A stretch of DNA of 64,000 nt from a bacterium (GCA_030647355.1 JAUSIS010000006.1:26221-90220); one strand, 5' to 3'. Shown: positions 39,139 to 49,690, numbered from the stretch's first letter. Made by a program: numbers and translations. Notes: generated by a model from the letters alone, not told the origin.

Positions 39139-39549
39139 ATGAAATTGATTGTAAATACTGACGGGGGGGCGAGGGGAAACCCGGGGCCGGCGGGTATTGG
39201 TGTTGTGGTGGAAAGATGTGGTAATATAGTCTATGAAGCGTCTAAGTATATCGGTGAGACGACTAATAACCAGGCAGAATACCGGGCGCTTATTGAAGCT
39301 TTGGAGTGGGTTTCGGAAAATAGAGAGAATGAGGAAGAAGTAGAATGCCGGTTGGATAGTGAACTGGTTGTGAAACAGTTGAATGGCGAGTATAGGTTGA
39401 AAAATGAAGGGCTTAGACCGCTTTATCAGCGGGTGGTAGATTTAAGACAGAAAATCGGCGGAAGAATGATGTTTTGTCATGTGGGACGGGGGGAGAACAA
39501 ACGCGCTGATCGGTTGGTAAATAAAGCGATTGACTTGGCGCTAAAGTGA
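39139..39549 (+). CDS. rnhA: Ribonuclease HI family protein
   Basis: TDGGARGNPGPAG, TNNQAEY, DSELVVKQ, NKRADRL. Confidence 0.9.
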   Translation: MKLIVNTDGGARGNPGPAGIGVVVERCGNIVYEASKYIGETTNNQAEYRALIEALEWVSENRENEEEVECRLDSELVVKQLNGEYRLKNEGLRPLYQRVVDLRQKIGGRMMFCHVGRGENKRADRLVNKAIDLALK

Positions 39550-39572
39550 TTGGTGGCTAAGGAGGAAGGTAT

Positions 39573-40460
39573 ATGAATAAAGTGATTGTTAAAATAAGAG
39601 GGAGAAGCCTGTTTGCCGGTTTTACTTTGATTGAATTACTAGTGGTGATCTCAATAATAGGAATACTGGCATCTGTAGTGTTGGTGGGGCTTAGGAGCGC
39701 TCGAGGGAAAGCATTTGACGTGAGGAGGAAGGCAGGCGTGTTGAGTATTAGTAATGCAGTACAGGCATATTCGTTGGATAATAATGAAACCGTGCCGGCT
39801 TATTGTAATTGGACTAGTCTCAAATATTATGAATTAATGGGTTCAACGGGTCTTTTGTGCGCTAGTACAACCTTGATTAATGCCGGATATTTTACGGATG
39901 CTTCGGGTTCTTCACCTATTCCTAAAGATCCGGTGTTTACCGGAATTGCTAAACCTTATTGGTATGTCAGTGATCTGGAAAATTATCTTCTGAATGCTAA
40001 ATTATCTACAGGTAAGTATTTTAGTGTAAAGGATGGTTCTGCAACTACAGTGGTGGCTACTTCATCGATTGCGGGCGATACTTCACCACCGACGATTTCA
40101 TGTGGCGGTGGTGATTGTGTGCCTTATGTACAGTTTAGCGCAACACAGGTTGGATTCTTGCCGGGACCAGAAATTTGGCGGATTACCTTGAAGACGGCAG
40201 CAACTGACAATGTTTGGCTGGCTGGCCATAAATTAAAATTTTATGCGGAAATGCCTTCTTATATTGATAATACACCGTTGAATCCACCAGGAGTAAATGG
40301 TGTATTTACATCGGCAAATAGTTATGATTACACTATCCCGGCGCTTCCGGTCCGCCCTCAGAAGATTGATGTATTTATTTACCCAGTTGATGCTAACGGA
40401 AATGGTAATAGTGACTATAATGTGGGAGCGCAGTTTACAGTACCATCTCCTCGTCTATAA
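39573..40460 (+). CDS. Large type IV pilin-like protein 1
   Basis: AG|FTLIELLVVISIIGILA; extra C-terminal beta-rich domain after DTSPP. Confidence 0.85.
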   Translation: MNKVIVKIRGRSLFAGFTLIELLVVISIIGILASVVLVGLRSARGKAFDVRRKAGVLSISNAVQAYSLDNNETVPAYCNWTSLKYYELMGSTGLLCASTTLINAGYFTDASGSSPIPKDPVFTGIAKPYWYVSDLENYLLNAKLSTGKYFSVKDGSATTVVATSSIAGDTSPPTISCGGGDCVPYVQFSATQVGFLPGPEIWRITLKTAATDNVWLAGHKLKFYAEMPSYIDNTPLNPPGVNGVFTSANSYDYTIPALPVRPQKIDVFIYPVDANGNGNSDYNVGAQFTVPSPRL

Positions 40461-40479
40461 TATAAATTGGGAGATCGCT

Positions 40480-41328
40480 TTGAGATTGAGTTTTCTGGTT
40501 ACTAGGGCAAAAGATAAGAAAAAGCTGATTGGTTTTACGCTGATTGAGATATTGGTAGTTATCTCGCTGATTGGGTTACTCGCGGCGATGATTTTGGTGG
40601 GGGTGAGGGGTTTTAGAGATAGAGCTCACGATGTACAAATAAGAGCGGATGTTAAGGGTATTGCAACATCGTTTGAATCGTATGGGATGGATAACGGTGA
40701 CAAATACCCAGAGAGTGTTAATAGCTGGGGTATTAAGTGTTTGGCTGAGCGGTTAGGTAGTGATACTTCGGTTGGCGGCGATTCGATATTGGTTCCTAGA
40801 TTCCTTAGTTCTATACCCACTTATGTACGTAATGGGAGCCTGCGCTATTATATGTATGCTAGTTGCGGGGATGAATATATGGTAGGGGCTACTATTTCGG
40901 GACCTGGTCGCCGCTTTGTGGCACGATCGGAAGGATTGGGGGGAACGACGGATCGCGATACAGACTTATTTTCACCGACTTTTCCCGGTGTTCTTCAGGC
41001 AAGGGCAGAGCGGGGTACTTCTACTCCTACGACCAATTGGACGTTATCGTTTAATCCTGCGACAGACGTTGGTGATGGGATTGCTTATTATGCGATTGAG
41101 CTTACCGATTATATTGGTAATGACCATGGAACTACAAAAATCTACAGATTAGTGGGGAAACCTTCTGATCCAATAACTAACCCAGTTCAGGTGCCTTTTG
41201 TTCTGACAGATCCATCCCCGTCCATGGATGACTTAGGAGGTCTTAAAGAATTCGGGGTGAAAATGTATGCTGTAGACAAAGCGCTAAATGCTTCCGTTGT
41301 TTGGGAAAGCGATATATTTGAGATATAG
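40480..41328 (+). CDS. Large type IV pilin-like protein 2
   Basis: IG|FTLIEILVVISLIGLLA; probable TTG start after GGAG. Confidence 0.83.
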   Translation: MRLSFLVTRAKDKKKLIGFTLIEILVVISLIGLLAAMILVGVRGFRDRAHDVQIRADVKGIATSFESYGMDNGDKYPESVNSWGIKCLAERLGSDTSVGGDSILVPRFLSSIPTYVRNGSLRYYMYASCGDEYMVGATISGPGRRFVARSEGLGGTTDRDTDLFSPTFPGVLQARAERGTSTPTTNWTLSFNPATDVGDGIAYYAIELTDYIGNDHGTTKIYRLVGKPSDPITNPVQVPFVLTDPSPSMDDLGGLKEFGVKMYAVDKALNASVVWESDIFEI

Positions 41329-41378
41329 GTTTATATAAATAGGAAAAATATATGGTGTGTTTATTTAGGGACAATAAG

Positions 41379-42245
41379 ATGGATAGTAAAATTAGTTGTA
41401 TTAAAAGAAGGAAGAAATTAATTGGTTTTACATTAATAGAGCTGTTAGTGGTGATTTCGATTATAGGGCTCTTGGCGGCGATTGTTTTAATTGGAGTAAA
41501 AGCGGTTCGATCTAAGGCACAGGATGTTCAGACGAAGGCAGATGTAGCCTCAATATCACGCAGCCTGGAGGCCTATGCAGCAGAAAATGACGAGAACTAC
41601 CCAATTAGCAGAGGTTTGGCAACCGGATACTGCGGGACAGAAAAGTTGGGCGGAGATACTCCGTCCGGCGATGCGGAGGCGATGTTAAAAAGTAGCATTA
41701 CTACCATGCCAAGACCAGCTACTTCTTACGCGGTGGGAAACTATTATCTTTATCAGGGTTGCGGACAGACTTATACGCTAAGAGGAATGTTGCGTGATAG
41801 CTCCCAATATGTTTCAAAGGGTGATGGTACTACTTCTACAACAAGTGCTTCTGCCACGATTGACACCACTGCTCCAAACATCTCTATGCTGAGCAGTATT
41901 TATCCAGCTCGCAGGATGAATCCCAGGGGCGAAACAAGCAGTTGGGTAGTGGATATGTCGCCGCAAGTTTCCAATCCTACCGACATAGCTCAATACATAA
42001 TTACCGTATCCGGAGGCACCGGCAAAACAGCTATTGTGACAGGGACACCTTACTCGACTGTTAATTGGCCCTCTGAATGTCAGGATTGCGGCGGGGTAGT
42101 GCAGATACCTTTTACGACTTGGCGGGATTTTACAGAATCGATACCGGTAGACGGGTTATACTGCTTCAGCTACATTAAGGTGCAGGCGTTTGACGAATGG
42201 GGCAATTATAGTTTTAAATCCGCTAGCCCCTATTGCGAGATTTGA
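41379..42245 (+). CDS. Large type IV pilin-like protein 3
   Basis: IG|FTLIELLVVISIIGLLA; C-domain after DTTAP. Confidence 0.83.
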   Translation: MDSKISCIKRRKKLIGFTLIELLVVISIIGLLAAIVLIGVKAVRSKAQDVQTKADVASISRSLEAYAAENDENYPISRGLATGYCGTEKLGGDTPSGDAEAMLKSSITTMPRPATSYAVGNYYLYQGCGQTYTLRGMLRDSSQYVSKGDGTTSTTSASATIDTTAPNISMLSSIYPARRMNPRGETSSWVVDMSPQVSNPTDIAQYIITVSGGTGKTAIVTGTPYSTVNWPSECQDCGGVVQIPFTTWRDFTESIPVDGLYCFSYIKVQAFDEWGNYSFKSASPYCEI

Positions 42246-42303
42246 GTCTGGATATGGTTATTTTTTAATTTTCTTTACCTTAGTTAGTATATTGGAGTTT
42301 CTA

Positions 42304-43185
42304 ATGTTATATTCAGAGACTCGAACGAGAGCACGAATTGCCGGTTTTACACTGATTGAGTTGTTGGTGGTGATTTCGATTATTGGGTTACTGGCGTCGG
42401 TGGTTTTGATAGGGATGAGATCGGTGCGCACTAAGTCATTTGATGTGCAGAAAAGAATGGATATTGCCTCTTTTTCCAAGATACTGGAAGGGTATGCAAT
42501 GGCGAATAGCGAAAAGTATCCTATCAGTCACAATGATGAGGGCGACGGGGGAGATTGTGCTATAGAAAAGCTTGGTCAGTTTCCGTTGCTAGGTGCCACC
42601 CCAATCATTGGTGCCGACATGACCTCGTTTCCAACCGTGAAGTACGAACCCGATCCAGAGTGGAAATATTATAAGTATGTCAGCTGCGGTGAAGGTTATA
42701 CCTTATGGTCAAAACTACTGGCAACTGGCAAACAATACGGTGTTAGGGTGACTAGCGCCGGTTCTCCTCCTACTTTCTTTACTAGGACAATTACTTCGGC
42801 ACCGGATATATCGGGCATTACGGTTCGTTTTGCGCGAAGGGAGTCATCGAATATAGCCACGAGTCATTGGTTGTTGGACATGAGTAATGCAAACATCGCT
42901 GGTATTGATCACTATACAATACACATAAGCGACGAGCCCGTAGTTTCGAGATGGGGCAGTGGTTATGGACCGATGACGACAGTCACGCCGTGTAACGGCG
43001 GTTGTGTTGGGAATGTCCAAATTCCGTTTGAGACATGGGATGTTTGGAATGGGGGTCCTATTCCACCGATACAATCGATTCCCGCTTCGCCTCCTTCATT
43101 ATATATTCAGTTTGTTAAGATATGGGGATTTGATGCATACGGCAATATGGCAGAGAAAACTTTCCCTGCCGGTGCGGGTGAGTGA
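42304..43185 (+). CDS. Large type IV pilin-like protein 4
   Basis: AG|FTLIELLVVISIIGLLA; C-domain resembles protein 3 (SxWxxDMS, VQIPFxTW). Confidence 0.83.
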   Translation: MLYSETRTRARIAGFTLIELLVVISIIGLLASVVLIGMRSVRTKSFDVQKRMDIASFSKILEGYAMANSEKYPISHNDEGDGGDCAIEKLGQFPLLGATPIIGADMTSFPTVKYEPDPEWKYYKYVSCGEGYTLWSKLLATGKQYGVRVTSAGSPPTFFTRTITSAPDISGITVRFARRESSNIATSHWLLDMSNANIAGIDHYTIHISDEPVVSRWGSGYGPMTTVTPCNGGCVGNVQIPFETWDVWNGGPIPPIQSIPASPPSLYIQFVKIWGFDAYGNMAEKTFPAGAGE

Positions 43186-43252
43186 TAGATATTCTTGAAT
43201 AAGATAATGAGCTAAGATATAATCGAAATATAAAGTGAAGGGTTAATTTGAT

Positions 43253-46207
43253 ATGGAAAAAACAAACGACAAGACTTTACCGCAAATAGAAGAAGAGATT
43301 TTAGATTTTTGGCAAAAAGAAAAGATTTTCGAGAAGAGCTTAGGGTTGCGAAAAGAGAGTCCCCGATTTAGTTTTTATGATGGACCGCCGTTTGCGACCG
43401 GCTCTCCTCATTATGGACATATTGTAGCGAGTGTGATAAAAGATGTGGTGCCCCGTTATTGGACAATGAAAGGCAAGTATGTGGAAAGAGTGTGGGGCTG
43501 GGATTGTCATGGATTGCCGATTGAAAACATTGCCGAAAAAGAACTGGGGATTACTCAAAAGAAACAGATTGAAGAAATTGGAGTTGATAAATTTGAGCAA
43601 GAGTGCCGCTCAAGGGTTTTGAGTTATGTCAGCGAGTGGGAGAAGGTAATACCTCGGCTTGGACGTTGGGTGGATATGAAAAATGCCTACAAAACGATGG
43701 ATTTGCCGTTTATGGAATCGGTTTGGTGGGTTTTCAAGGAACTTTGGGACAAGGGTTTAATATATGAGGGTTATCGTTCGATGTATATTTGTCCAAGATG
43801 CGAGACGACACTGTCGCAATCTGAGGTGGCGGAGGGATACCGAGACGTAAAAGATTTGTCGGTAATTGCCAAGTTTGAGTTGGAAGATGAACTTGGGACT
43901 TATTTATTGGCCTGGACAACAACACCATGGACACTGATTGGGAATGTTGCGCTGGCAATAAATCCAGGTATGGTTTATTGCAAGATAAAAGATAAAAAAG
44001 AGAAACTTCTCAACCCTTCGAGAACACTCAGGACAGGCAAGCTCGAAGAATATTATATATTGGCGAAAGACAGATTGGGATCAATATCTGGGGAGTATGA
44101 GATTTTGTCTGAGTTTTCTGGTGAAGAATTGGTTGGAAAGAGATATAAGCCGTTGTTTGATTATTATAATAAGCCCGAGACAAAGAATTCAGAAAATGGG
44201 TGGAAAGTTTATCCAGCTGATTTTGTAACCGAGCAGGACGGGACTGGTATTGTGCATATTGCACCGGCGTTTGGCGAAGATGACATGGAATTGGGCAAAG
44301 AGTTTGATTTACCATTTATTCAACATGTGGGGATGGATGGAGTGATAAAACCAGAAGTGAAGGATTTTGCCGGAATGCATGTCAAACCTACTTCCGATGT
44401 GCAGAAAACGGATGTAGAGATTATTAAATATTTGGCCAATAAAGGATTATTGTTTTATAAGGAACAGTTTGAGCATTCTTATCCGCATTGTTGGCGCTGT
44501 GATACACCTTTGATTAATTATGCTACTTCCTCTTGGTTTGTATCGGTAGCGAAAGTTAAAGAAGAGGCATTGAAATTGGCAAAGGAGATAAATTGGTCAC
44601 CGAAGTATATTAAAGAAGGAAGGTTTGGCAACTGGCTGGAGGGAGCGCGAGATTGGTCAATTTCCAGGCAGAGATATTGGGCGTCGGTGATACCAATTTG
44701 GCGATGTTCCGCTGAAAATGGCGGATGTGGGGAGATTCAGGTATTCGGATCGGTGGGGGAGTTGGAGAAAGCGTCCGGAAAGAAGATAGACGATCTGCAT
44801 AAATTTGCCATGGATAAGATAGAGGTGCCGTGCAAATGCGGTGGGGTAGCCAAAAGGATTCCCGATGTTTTGGATACTTGGTTTGATTCGGGCTCGATGC
44901 CTTATGCTCAGATACATTATCCTTTCGAAAATAAGGAAAAGTTTGAAAAATCTTTTCCGGCTGATTTTATCGGTGAGGGCGTAGATCAAACGCGCTGCTG
45001 GTTTTATTATCTGCATGTGATCGCCACAGCTATTAAAGATAAAATCCCTTATAAGAATGTTGTAGTGAATGGAATAGTACTGGCAGAAGACGGCAAGAAG
45101 ATGTCGAAAAAGTTGCAGAATTATCCTGATCCGACGGCGATACTAGATAAGTATGGAGCGGATGTTTTACGATTGTATTTACTATCTTCGCCGGTTATGG
45201 CAGGGGAAAATCTTAATTTTTCTGAAAAGGAAATGGCAGAATTTCAAAGAGGAATATTTAGAATGCTCTGGAATAGCTTTGAATTCTTCAATCTGTATCG
45301 GGAGGATTGGCAATCAAGCGATCAATATAAGCCGGTTGGTTTGCTTGACCGGTGGATTATTTCGGAATTAAATCAATTGATTGTGGATGTCAACCGCAGT
45401 ATGGAAAATTATGATCTAAATCGAGCGGCTAGGTCGTTTCAGCCGTTTGTTGATAATTTATCCAACTGGTATATTAGACGCTCTAGAAAACGTTTTGGCA
45501 GAAGCGAGGACCATGCGGATAGGAATTCGGCTTTTGGGACGCTAAGTTATGTATTGGTGGAATTGGCAAAACTAATGGCTCCGTTTGCTCCATTTATTAG
45601 CGAACATATTTTTAAAGACTTAACTGGTAGTGAATCTGTTCACCTAATTGATTATCCCGAAGCTAATAAAGAGCAAATCGATAAAGAGCTAAGTGAAAAG
45701 ATGAGAGAGGCGAGAGTGATTGTTGAGATGGGGTTATCTTGCAGGGCGATGCTAAATAAAATCTTCGGAACTAATGAATATAAAGTCAGGCAACCATTGA
45801 AGTCATTAAAATATGGTAATAAGGATAAGAAGTTGCCAAAATTGAGCGATGAGTTTGAAGAGATAATAAAAGATGAGGTTAATGTTAAGGAGCTTGTTTA
45901 CGATGAGCAGATGTTGGGGGTGGAGCTTGATAAGGAAATAACGGACGAATTAAGGGATGAGGGGATTTATCGGGAGATTGTCAGGCAGATACAGGATCTG
46001 AGGAAGGTGGCTGGTTATAAGGCGGGAGATAAAGCAGTTTTTGGCTTCCAAACTGAAGATATTAAAATCTCGAATTTGATTAAGCAAAAGAGTGAGGATA
46101 TACTGCAGGATACAGCGACTAGGCTAAGTGAAATAATGGAAAATGTTGATTGCGAAAAAGAGATTCAAATCGAAGGGAAGCCTTTAAGGTTAATGATTAC
46201 TAAATAG
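43253..46207 (+). CDS. ileS: Isoleucine--tRNA ligase (type 2-like)
   Basis: DGPPFATGSPHYGH, GWDCHGLP, WTTTPWTL, EGVDQTRCWF, KMSKK. Confidence 0.97.
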   Translation: MEKTNDKTLPQIEEEILDFWQKEKIFEKSLGLRKESPRFSFYDGPPFATGSPHYGHIVASVIKDVVPRYWTMKGKYVERVWGWDCHGLPIENIAEKELGITQKKQIEEIGVDKFEQECRSRVLSYVSEWEKVIPRLGRWVDMKNAYKTMDLPFMESVWWVFKELWDKGLIYEGYRSMYICPRCETTLSQSEVAEGYRDVKDLSVIAKFELEDELGTYLLAWTTTPWTLIGNVALAINPGMVYCKIKDKKEKLLNPSRTLRTGKLEEYYILAKDRLGSISGEYEILSEFSGEELVGKRYKPLFDYYNKPETKNSENGWKVYPADFVTEQDGTGIVHIAPAFGEDDMELGKEFDLPFIQHVGMDGVIKPEVKDFAGMHVKPTSDVQKTDVEIIKYLANKGLLFYKEQFEHSYPHCWRCDTPLINYATSSWFVSVAKVKEEALKLAKEINWSPKYIKEGRFGNWLEGARDWSISRQRYWASVIPIWRCSAENGGCGEIQVFGSVGELEKASGKKIDDLHKFAMDKIEVPCKCGGVAKRIPDVLDTWFDSGSMPYAQIHYPFENKEKFEKSFPADFIGEGVDQTRCWFYYLHVIATAIKDKIPYKNVVVNGIVLAEDGKKMSKKLQNYPDPTAILDKYGADVLRLYLLSSPVMAGENLNFSEKEMAEFQRGIFRMLWNSFEFFNLYREDWQSSDQYKPVGLLDRWIISELNQLIVDVNRSMENYDLNRAARSFQPFVDNLSNWYIRRSRKRFGRSEDHADRNSAFGTLSYVLVELAKLMAPFAPFISEHIFKDLTGSESVHLIDYPEANKEQIDKELSEKMREARVIVEMGLSCRAMLNKIFGTNEYKVRQPLKSLKYGNKDKKLPKLSDEFEEIIKDEVNVKELVYDEQMLGVELDKEITDELRDEGIYREIVRQIQDLRKVAGYKAGDKAVFGFQTEDIKISNLIKQKSEDILQDTATRLSEIMENVDCEKEIQIEGKPLRLMITK

Positions 46208-46221
46208 TAAGGTGGAGGAAG

Positions 46222-47331
46222 ATGAAACTACCCCGTTTTCAGACGGTTGATTGGATTATATACATAATACCAGTCTTGCTGGTTGTTACGGGTATAGCTA
46301 CGATTTATACCGTTAGTTTTGTCAATAAAGGAAATTCACTGGCATATTCCCAAGTAACTTCGATGGTAATCGGATTAGTATTAATGTTGGTTCTGACCTT
46401 TTTGGATTATAGGTTACTTAGAAGTCTAGCGATACCTGCTTATTTAGTTGGAGCGGCACTGTTGGGATTATTAATTGTTCCAAGTTTTCGATCGCTGCCG
46501 TTTGTTATTAGTAGTTTAGGATCTACCAGATGGATTGATTTAGGATTCTTTCAGCTGCAACCATCCGAATTATTTAAGTTTTTTCTAATATTGACTTTAG
46601 CGGCCTATTTTTCAAGGTTCGGAAAGAATATACGATGGTATCATGTGATTGGCGCGGCCTTAATCACATTAGTACCGGTTCTTATGACATTGAAACAGCC
46701 CGATTTGGGAACGGCGATGGTCTTAGTAATAATATTAGTTGCTAATTTAGTAGCCGTGTCGCTGTCAAAGATATATTACAAGGTGATGGGTTTGTTAGTT
46801 TTAATTGTTACGCCTTTGATGTGGTTTGTTTTGAAAGACTATCAAAAGGAAAGATTGCTCGTTTTCCTTAATCCCCAGCACGATCCGTCTGGATCGGGCT
46901 ACAATGTTTTGCAGTCAATTATCGCTGTGGGGAGTGGCGGTCTGACGGGGCGAGGTTTTGGTCAAGGATCACAAAGCCAGTTAAATTTTCTGCCGGTTGC
47001 TCATACCGATTTTGTTTTCGCCGGTTTGGCGGAAGCAACTGGTTTTGTGGGGGTGGTTGTGTTGATAGTGGCGTTTGTCGTTTTATTTGTCAGAATGATA
47101 AACGTTGCAAGGGTGTCAAAGGATGATTTTGGAATGTATCTGGCTATTGGGGCTGTTTCTATGCTATTGTTTCAATTTATTGTGAATATTGGAATGAACA
47201 TATCGCTTATGCCGGTTACGGGCATACCTTTGCCGTTTGTTTCATATGGCGGCACTTCTCTGATTATTAACTTTGTGTTGATTGGGATTTTGCAGAGCAT
47301 CTATTTGAGACATAAGAAAATCACTTTTTAG
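46222..47331 (+). CDS. rodA: SEDS protein RodA
   Basis: QLQPSELFK, QPDLGT, FLPVAHTDFVF; outside dcw cluster. Confidence 0.88.
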   Translation: MKLPRFQTVDWIIYIIPVLLVVTGIATIYTVSFVNKGNSLAYSQVTSMVIGLVLMLVLTFLDYRLLRSLAIPAYLVGAALLGLLIVPSFRSLPFVISSLGSTRWIDLGFFQLQPSELFKFFLILTLAAYFSRFGKNIRWYHVIGAALITLVPVLMTLKQPDLGTAMVLVIILVANLVAVSLSKIYYKVMGLLVLIVTPLMWFVLKDYQKERLLVFLNPQHDPSGSGYNVLQSIIAVGSGGLTGRGFGQGSQSQLNFLPVAHTDFVFAGLAEATGFVGVVVLIVAFVVLFVRMINVARVSKDDFGMYLAIGAVSMLLFQFIVNIGMNISLMPVTGIPLPFVSYGGTSLIINFVLIGILQSIYLRHKKITF

Positions 47332-47352
47332 CTAAGGTTGGTTCGGTTGGGA

Positions 47353-47381
47353 TTGACGAAGCGAGTGGGTTATGGTATTCT
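47353..47381 (+). promoter_or_regulatory. Sigma70-type promoter for rplU-secE-nusG-rplK
   Basis: TTGACG-N17-TATTCT with extended TG. Confidence 0.55.
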
Positions 47382-47487
47382 TGAATTAGATTATTAATAG
47401 TGTTCTTGGCAAGCAATTGTCAAGATTTTATATGTTTAGTTAATTACTATACAAATGAAAACAGGCAATGGGTAGGGAAGGAGATAT

Positions 47488-47826
47488 ATGGCAGTTGTAA
47501 AGATAGCGGGCAAGCAGTTTGTTGTTAAAGACGGACAGCGTTTGAATGTTCCTTATCTTGATTTGGAGATTGGGAAATCATTGACAACGCAGGATTTATT
47601 GACGGGTAAAGATGTAGTTTTTGAAATTATCGAGCAAAAGCGCAGCGCAAAGGTTTTGGTGGTAAAGTTTCGCAACAAATCGAGATATCTGCGCGTGAAA
47701 GGTCAGAGAAATAAGGTTACTGTTGTGAAAAATATAAATAGTGAGAAAAAAGAAGTTGAGGAACCTAAAGTCAAAGTGAAAACAGCTGTAATTAAGAAAA
47801 GCACAAAAAGGACGGCTAGTAAATGA
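47488..47826 (+). CDS. rplU: 50S ribosomal protein L21
   Basis: AVVKIAGKQFVV...KVLVVKFRNKSRYLRVKGQR. Confidence 0.88.
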   Translation: MAVVKIAGKQFVVKDGQRLNVPYLDLEIGKSLTTQDLLTGKDVVFEIIEQKRSAKVLVVKFRNKSRYLRVKGQRNKVTVVKNINSEKKEVEEPKVKVKTAVIKKSTKRTASK

Positions 47827-48020
47827 AGCGATTTATCTCATTTTTTAGGGAAGCATATGAAGAATTGCGGAAGGTTATGTGGCCTACTAGAGAGAAGGTG
47901 GTTCGCCATACTATAATTGTGCTGGCATCGGTAGTTGTCGTTATGTTAATTTTGGTAGTTATTGATTCAGGTTTAAGTAAGGGGATTAAGGCTTTGATAG
48001 CATTATCCCAGAGTAGATGA
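47823..48020 (+). CDS. secE: Preprotein translocase SecE
   Basis: ELRKVMWPT plus TM; precedes nusG. Confidence 0.93.
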   Translation: MKRFISFFREAYEELRKVMWPTREKVVRHTIIVLASVVVVMLILVVIDSGLSKGIKALIALSQSR

Positions 48021-48032
48021 CGGAGGATTTCA

Positions 48033-48857
48033 ATGAAAAAGAAGGATGAGAAAAAAGTTAAGACAGAGAAGGCGGAGGAAGTGGTTTCATCTCAAGTAGA
48101 AGCCGTTGAAGGAGAAGCTTTAGAAGAGATTAAAAGTGCTCCAGACGAGAATGTTGTGGCAAATGAGGATGCGGTTGAAGGGACTCCGGGTGGTGATGCT
48201 GTAGTAGGCGAGAATGAAACTGAAGGGGTTTCGAATGAGACTGTTGTTGTAAACGAGGATGAGGTTGGAGATATGGTTTCTTCGATGGGAAAATTGGATG
48301 AGAATTTGAAGTCCAAAACGATAAAACAGACTGGTGAGAAGGGGTGGTATGTGATTCACTCATATGCCGGTTATGAGGATCAGGTGGCTGAGAATTTGAA
48401 ACAGAGAATAGAAACTTTGCATATGAAAGATAAGATATTCAATGTTTTAGTTCCAAAAGAAAAGCAGATTGAAATAAAAAATGGCAAGAGGCGAACGGTT
48501 GAGAGAAGGATTTTCCCTGGCTATGTAATGGTGGAAATGATTGTAACAGATGATTCTTGGTATGTGGTCCGCAATACTCCCAATGTGACTGGTTTTATAG
48601 GGATGGGTGTTAGGCCGACGCCAATGCTTCCGGATGAAGTGGATAGAATAATGAAGAGAATGGGAGTTCAGGAATCCAAATACAAGATTGAGGTTGACGT
48701 TGATGATCTGGTTAAAATTGTTGATGGACCGCTTAAGGGATTTGAAGGCAAGGTGACGGAAGTGGATGAAGATAAGGGTAAGGTTAAGGTTTCGGTGAAT
48801 ATGTTTGGTAGGGAAACGCCAGTTAATTTGGATTCATTACAAGTTAAAAAGATATAA
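48033..48857 (+). CDS. nusG: NusG with about 100-aa acidic N-terminal extension
   Basis: WYVIHSYAGYE, IFPGYV, VRNTPNVTGF, KOW GPLKGFEG, MFGRETPV. Confidence 0.96.
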   Translation: MKKKDEKKVKTEKAEEVVSSQVEAVEGEALEEIKSAPDENVVANEDAVEGTPGGDAVVGENETEGVSNETVVVNEDEVGDMVSSMGKLDENLKSKTIKQTGEKGWYVIHSYAGYEDQVAENLKQRIETLHMKDKIFNVLVPKEKQIEIKNGKRRTVERRIFPGYVMVEMIVTDDSWYVVRNTPNVTGFIGMGVRPTPMLPDEVDRIMKRMGVQESKYKIEVDVDDLVKIVDGPLKGFEGKVTEVDEDKGKVKVSVNMFGRETPVNLDSLQVKKI

Positions 48858-48863
48858 GTAATT

Positions 48864-48961
48864 ACGCGGTCTTATCCTCTTCGGGGAGCGTTACGCTTCC
48901 TCGGCTTGAGGCCGATGAGCGCTGCACTACGCTTAACTCCCCTTAGAAGACAAGACCGCGT
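48864..48961. repeat. Structured motif family A, copy 1
   Basis: TTCG-GGGAG-CGTT...TGCACT-ACG-CTTAA-CTCCC core inside closing stem; other copies at 54049 and 61131. Confidence 0.8.
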
Positions 48962-48997
48962 TATATAAACAATATTCGAGAGAAGGAAGAAGGATAA

Positions 48998-49423
48998 ATG
49001 GCGAAGAAGATAAAAACAATAGTAAAAGTGCAGGCACCGGCAGGTAAAGCAACTCCAGCGCCTCCGATTGGGCCGGCTTTGGGTCAACATGGTTTGAATA
49101 TCATGGAGTTTGTTAATGCGTTTAATGAAAAGACGCGCGAGATGGGAGATACGGTTGTTCCGGTTGAGATAACTGTTTATGAAGATCGAACATTTGATTT
49201 TATCTGTAAGACTCCGCCGGCTGCTATATTACTTGCCAAGGAGGCAGGGATAACCAAAGGTTCTTCCAACCCCAAGAAAGATAAAGTCGGTAAGGTATCG
49301 AAAGAACAGGTAAGGAAAATTGCTGAATTGAAATTGAAAGATCTGAATGCATATGATGTTGATGAGGCAGAGAAGATAATTCGTGGTACGGCTCGTTCGA
49401 TGGGGATTGAAGTAAAAGATTAA
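48998..49423 (+). CDS. rplK: 50S ribosomal protein L11
   Basis: [28 protein letters not shown]. Confidence 0.98.
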   Translation: MAKKIKTIVKVQAPAGKATPAPPIGPALGQHGLNIMEFVNAFNEKTREMGDTVVPVEITVYEDRTFDFICKTPPAAILLAKEAGITKGSSNPKKDKVGKVSKEQVRKIAELKLKDLNAYDVDEAEKIIRGTARSMGIEVKD

Positions 49424-49469
49424 GCCGATAAGCAGTAAGAAATAAACTGTTAAGTAATTTTGAATTATC

Positions 49470-49498
49470 AAAAAAAGCGACTAGATGTCGCTTTTTTT
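49470..49498. terminator. Bidirectional intrinsic terminator
   Basis: aaaaaaagcgac-tagat-gtcgcttttttt. Confidence 0.85.
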
Positions 49499-49690
49499 GT
49501 TCCCTCCATTACCTCCTTAACCTCCTTTAGGATTTTACGAGGCCCTAAAATATTTAAATTGTAGTCTCGTGTTAAGGTGTAATAGAGAGAATTATCGTGA
49601 TAAGGACGAAAACTCAGGAGGGGTAGAGTTTTCATACTCTTACCACGATAATTCCCACTACTACAGATAAATTATTAATTTTCAGCTCGA
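49470..49690 (-). ncRNA. Candidate small RNA
   Basis: Minus-strand TTGACA-N17-TACAAT at 49725-49697, long hairpin 49578-49665 with G-U pairs on the minus strand, terminator at 49470. Confidence 0.5.

Noticed and set aside
36792-43185. Diversity-generating retroelement acting on pilins (Avd-like domain next to pilins)
   Set aside because: No reverse transcriptase and no template/variable repeat pair differing at adenines was seen in the window; a remote DGR cannot be excluded.
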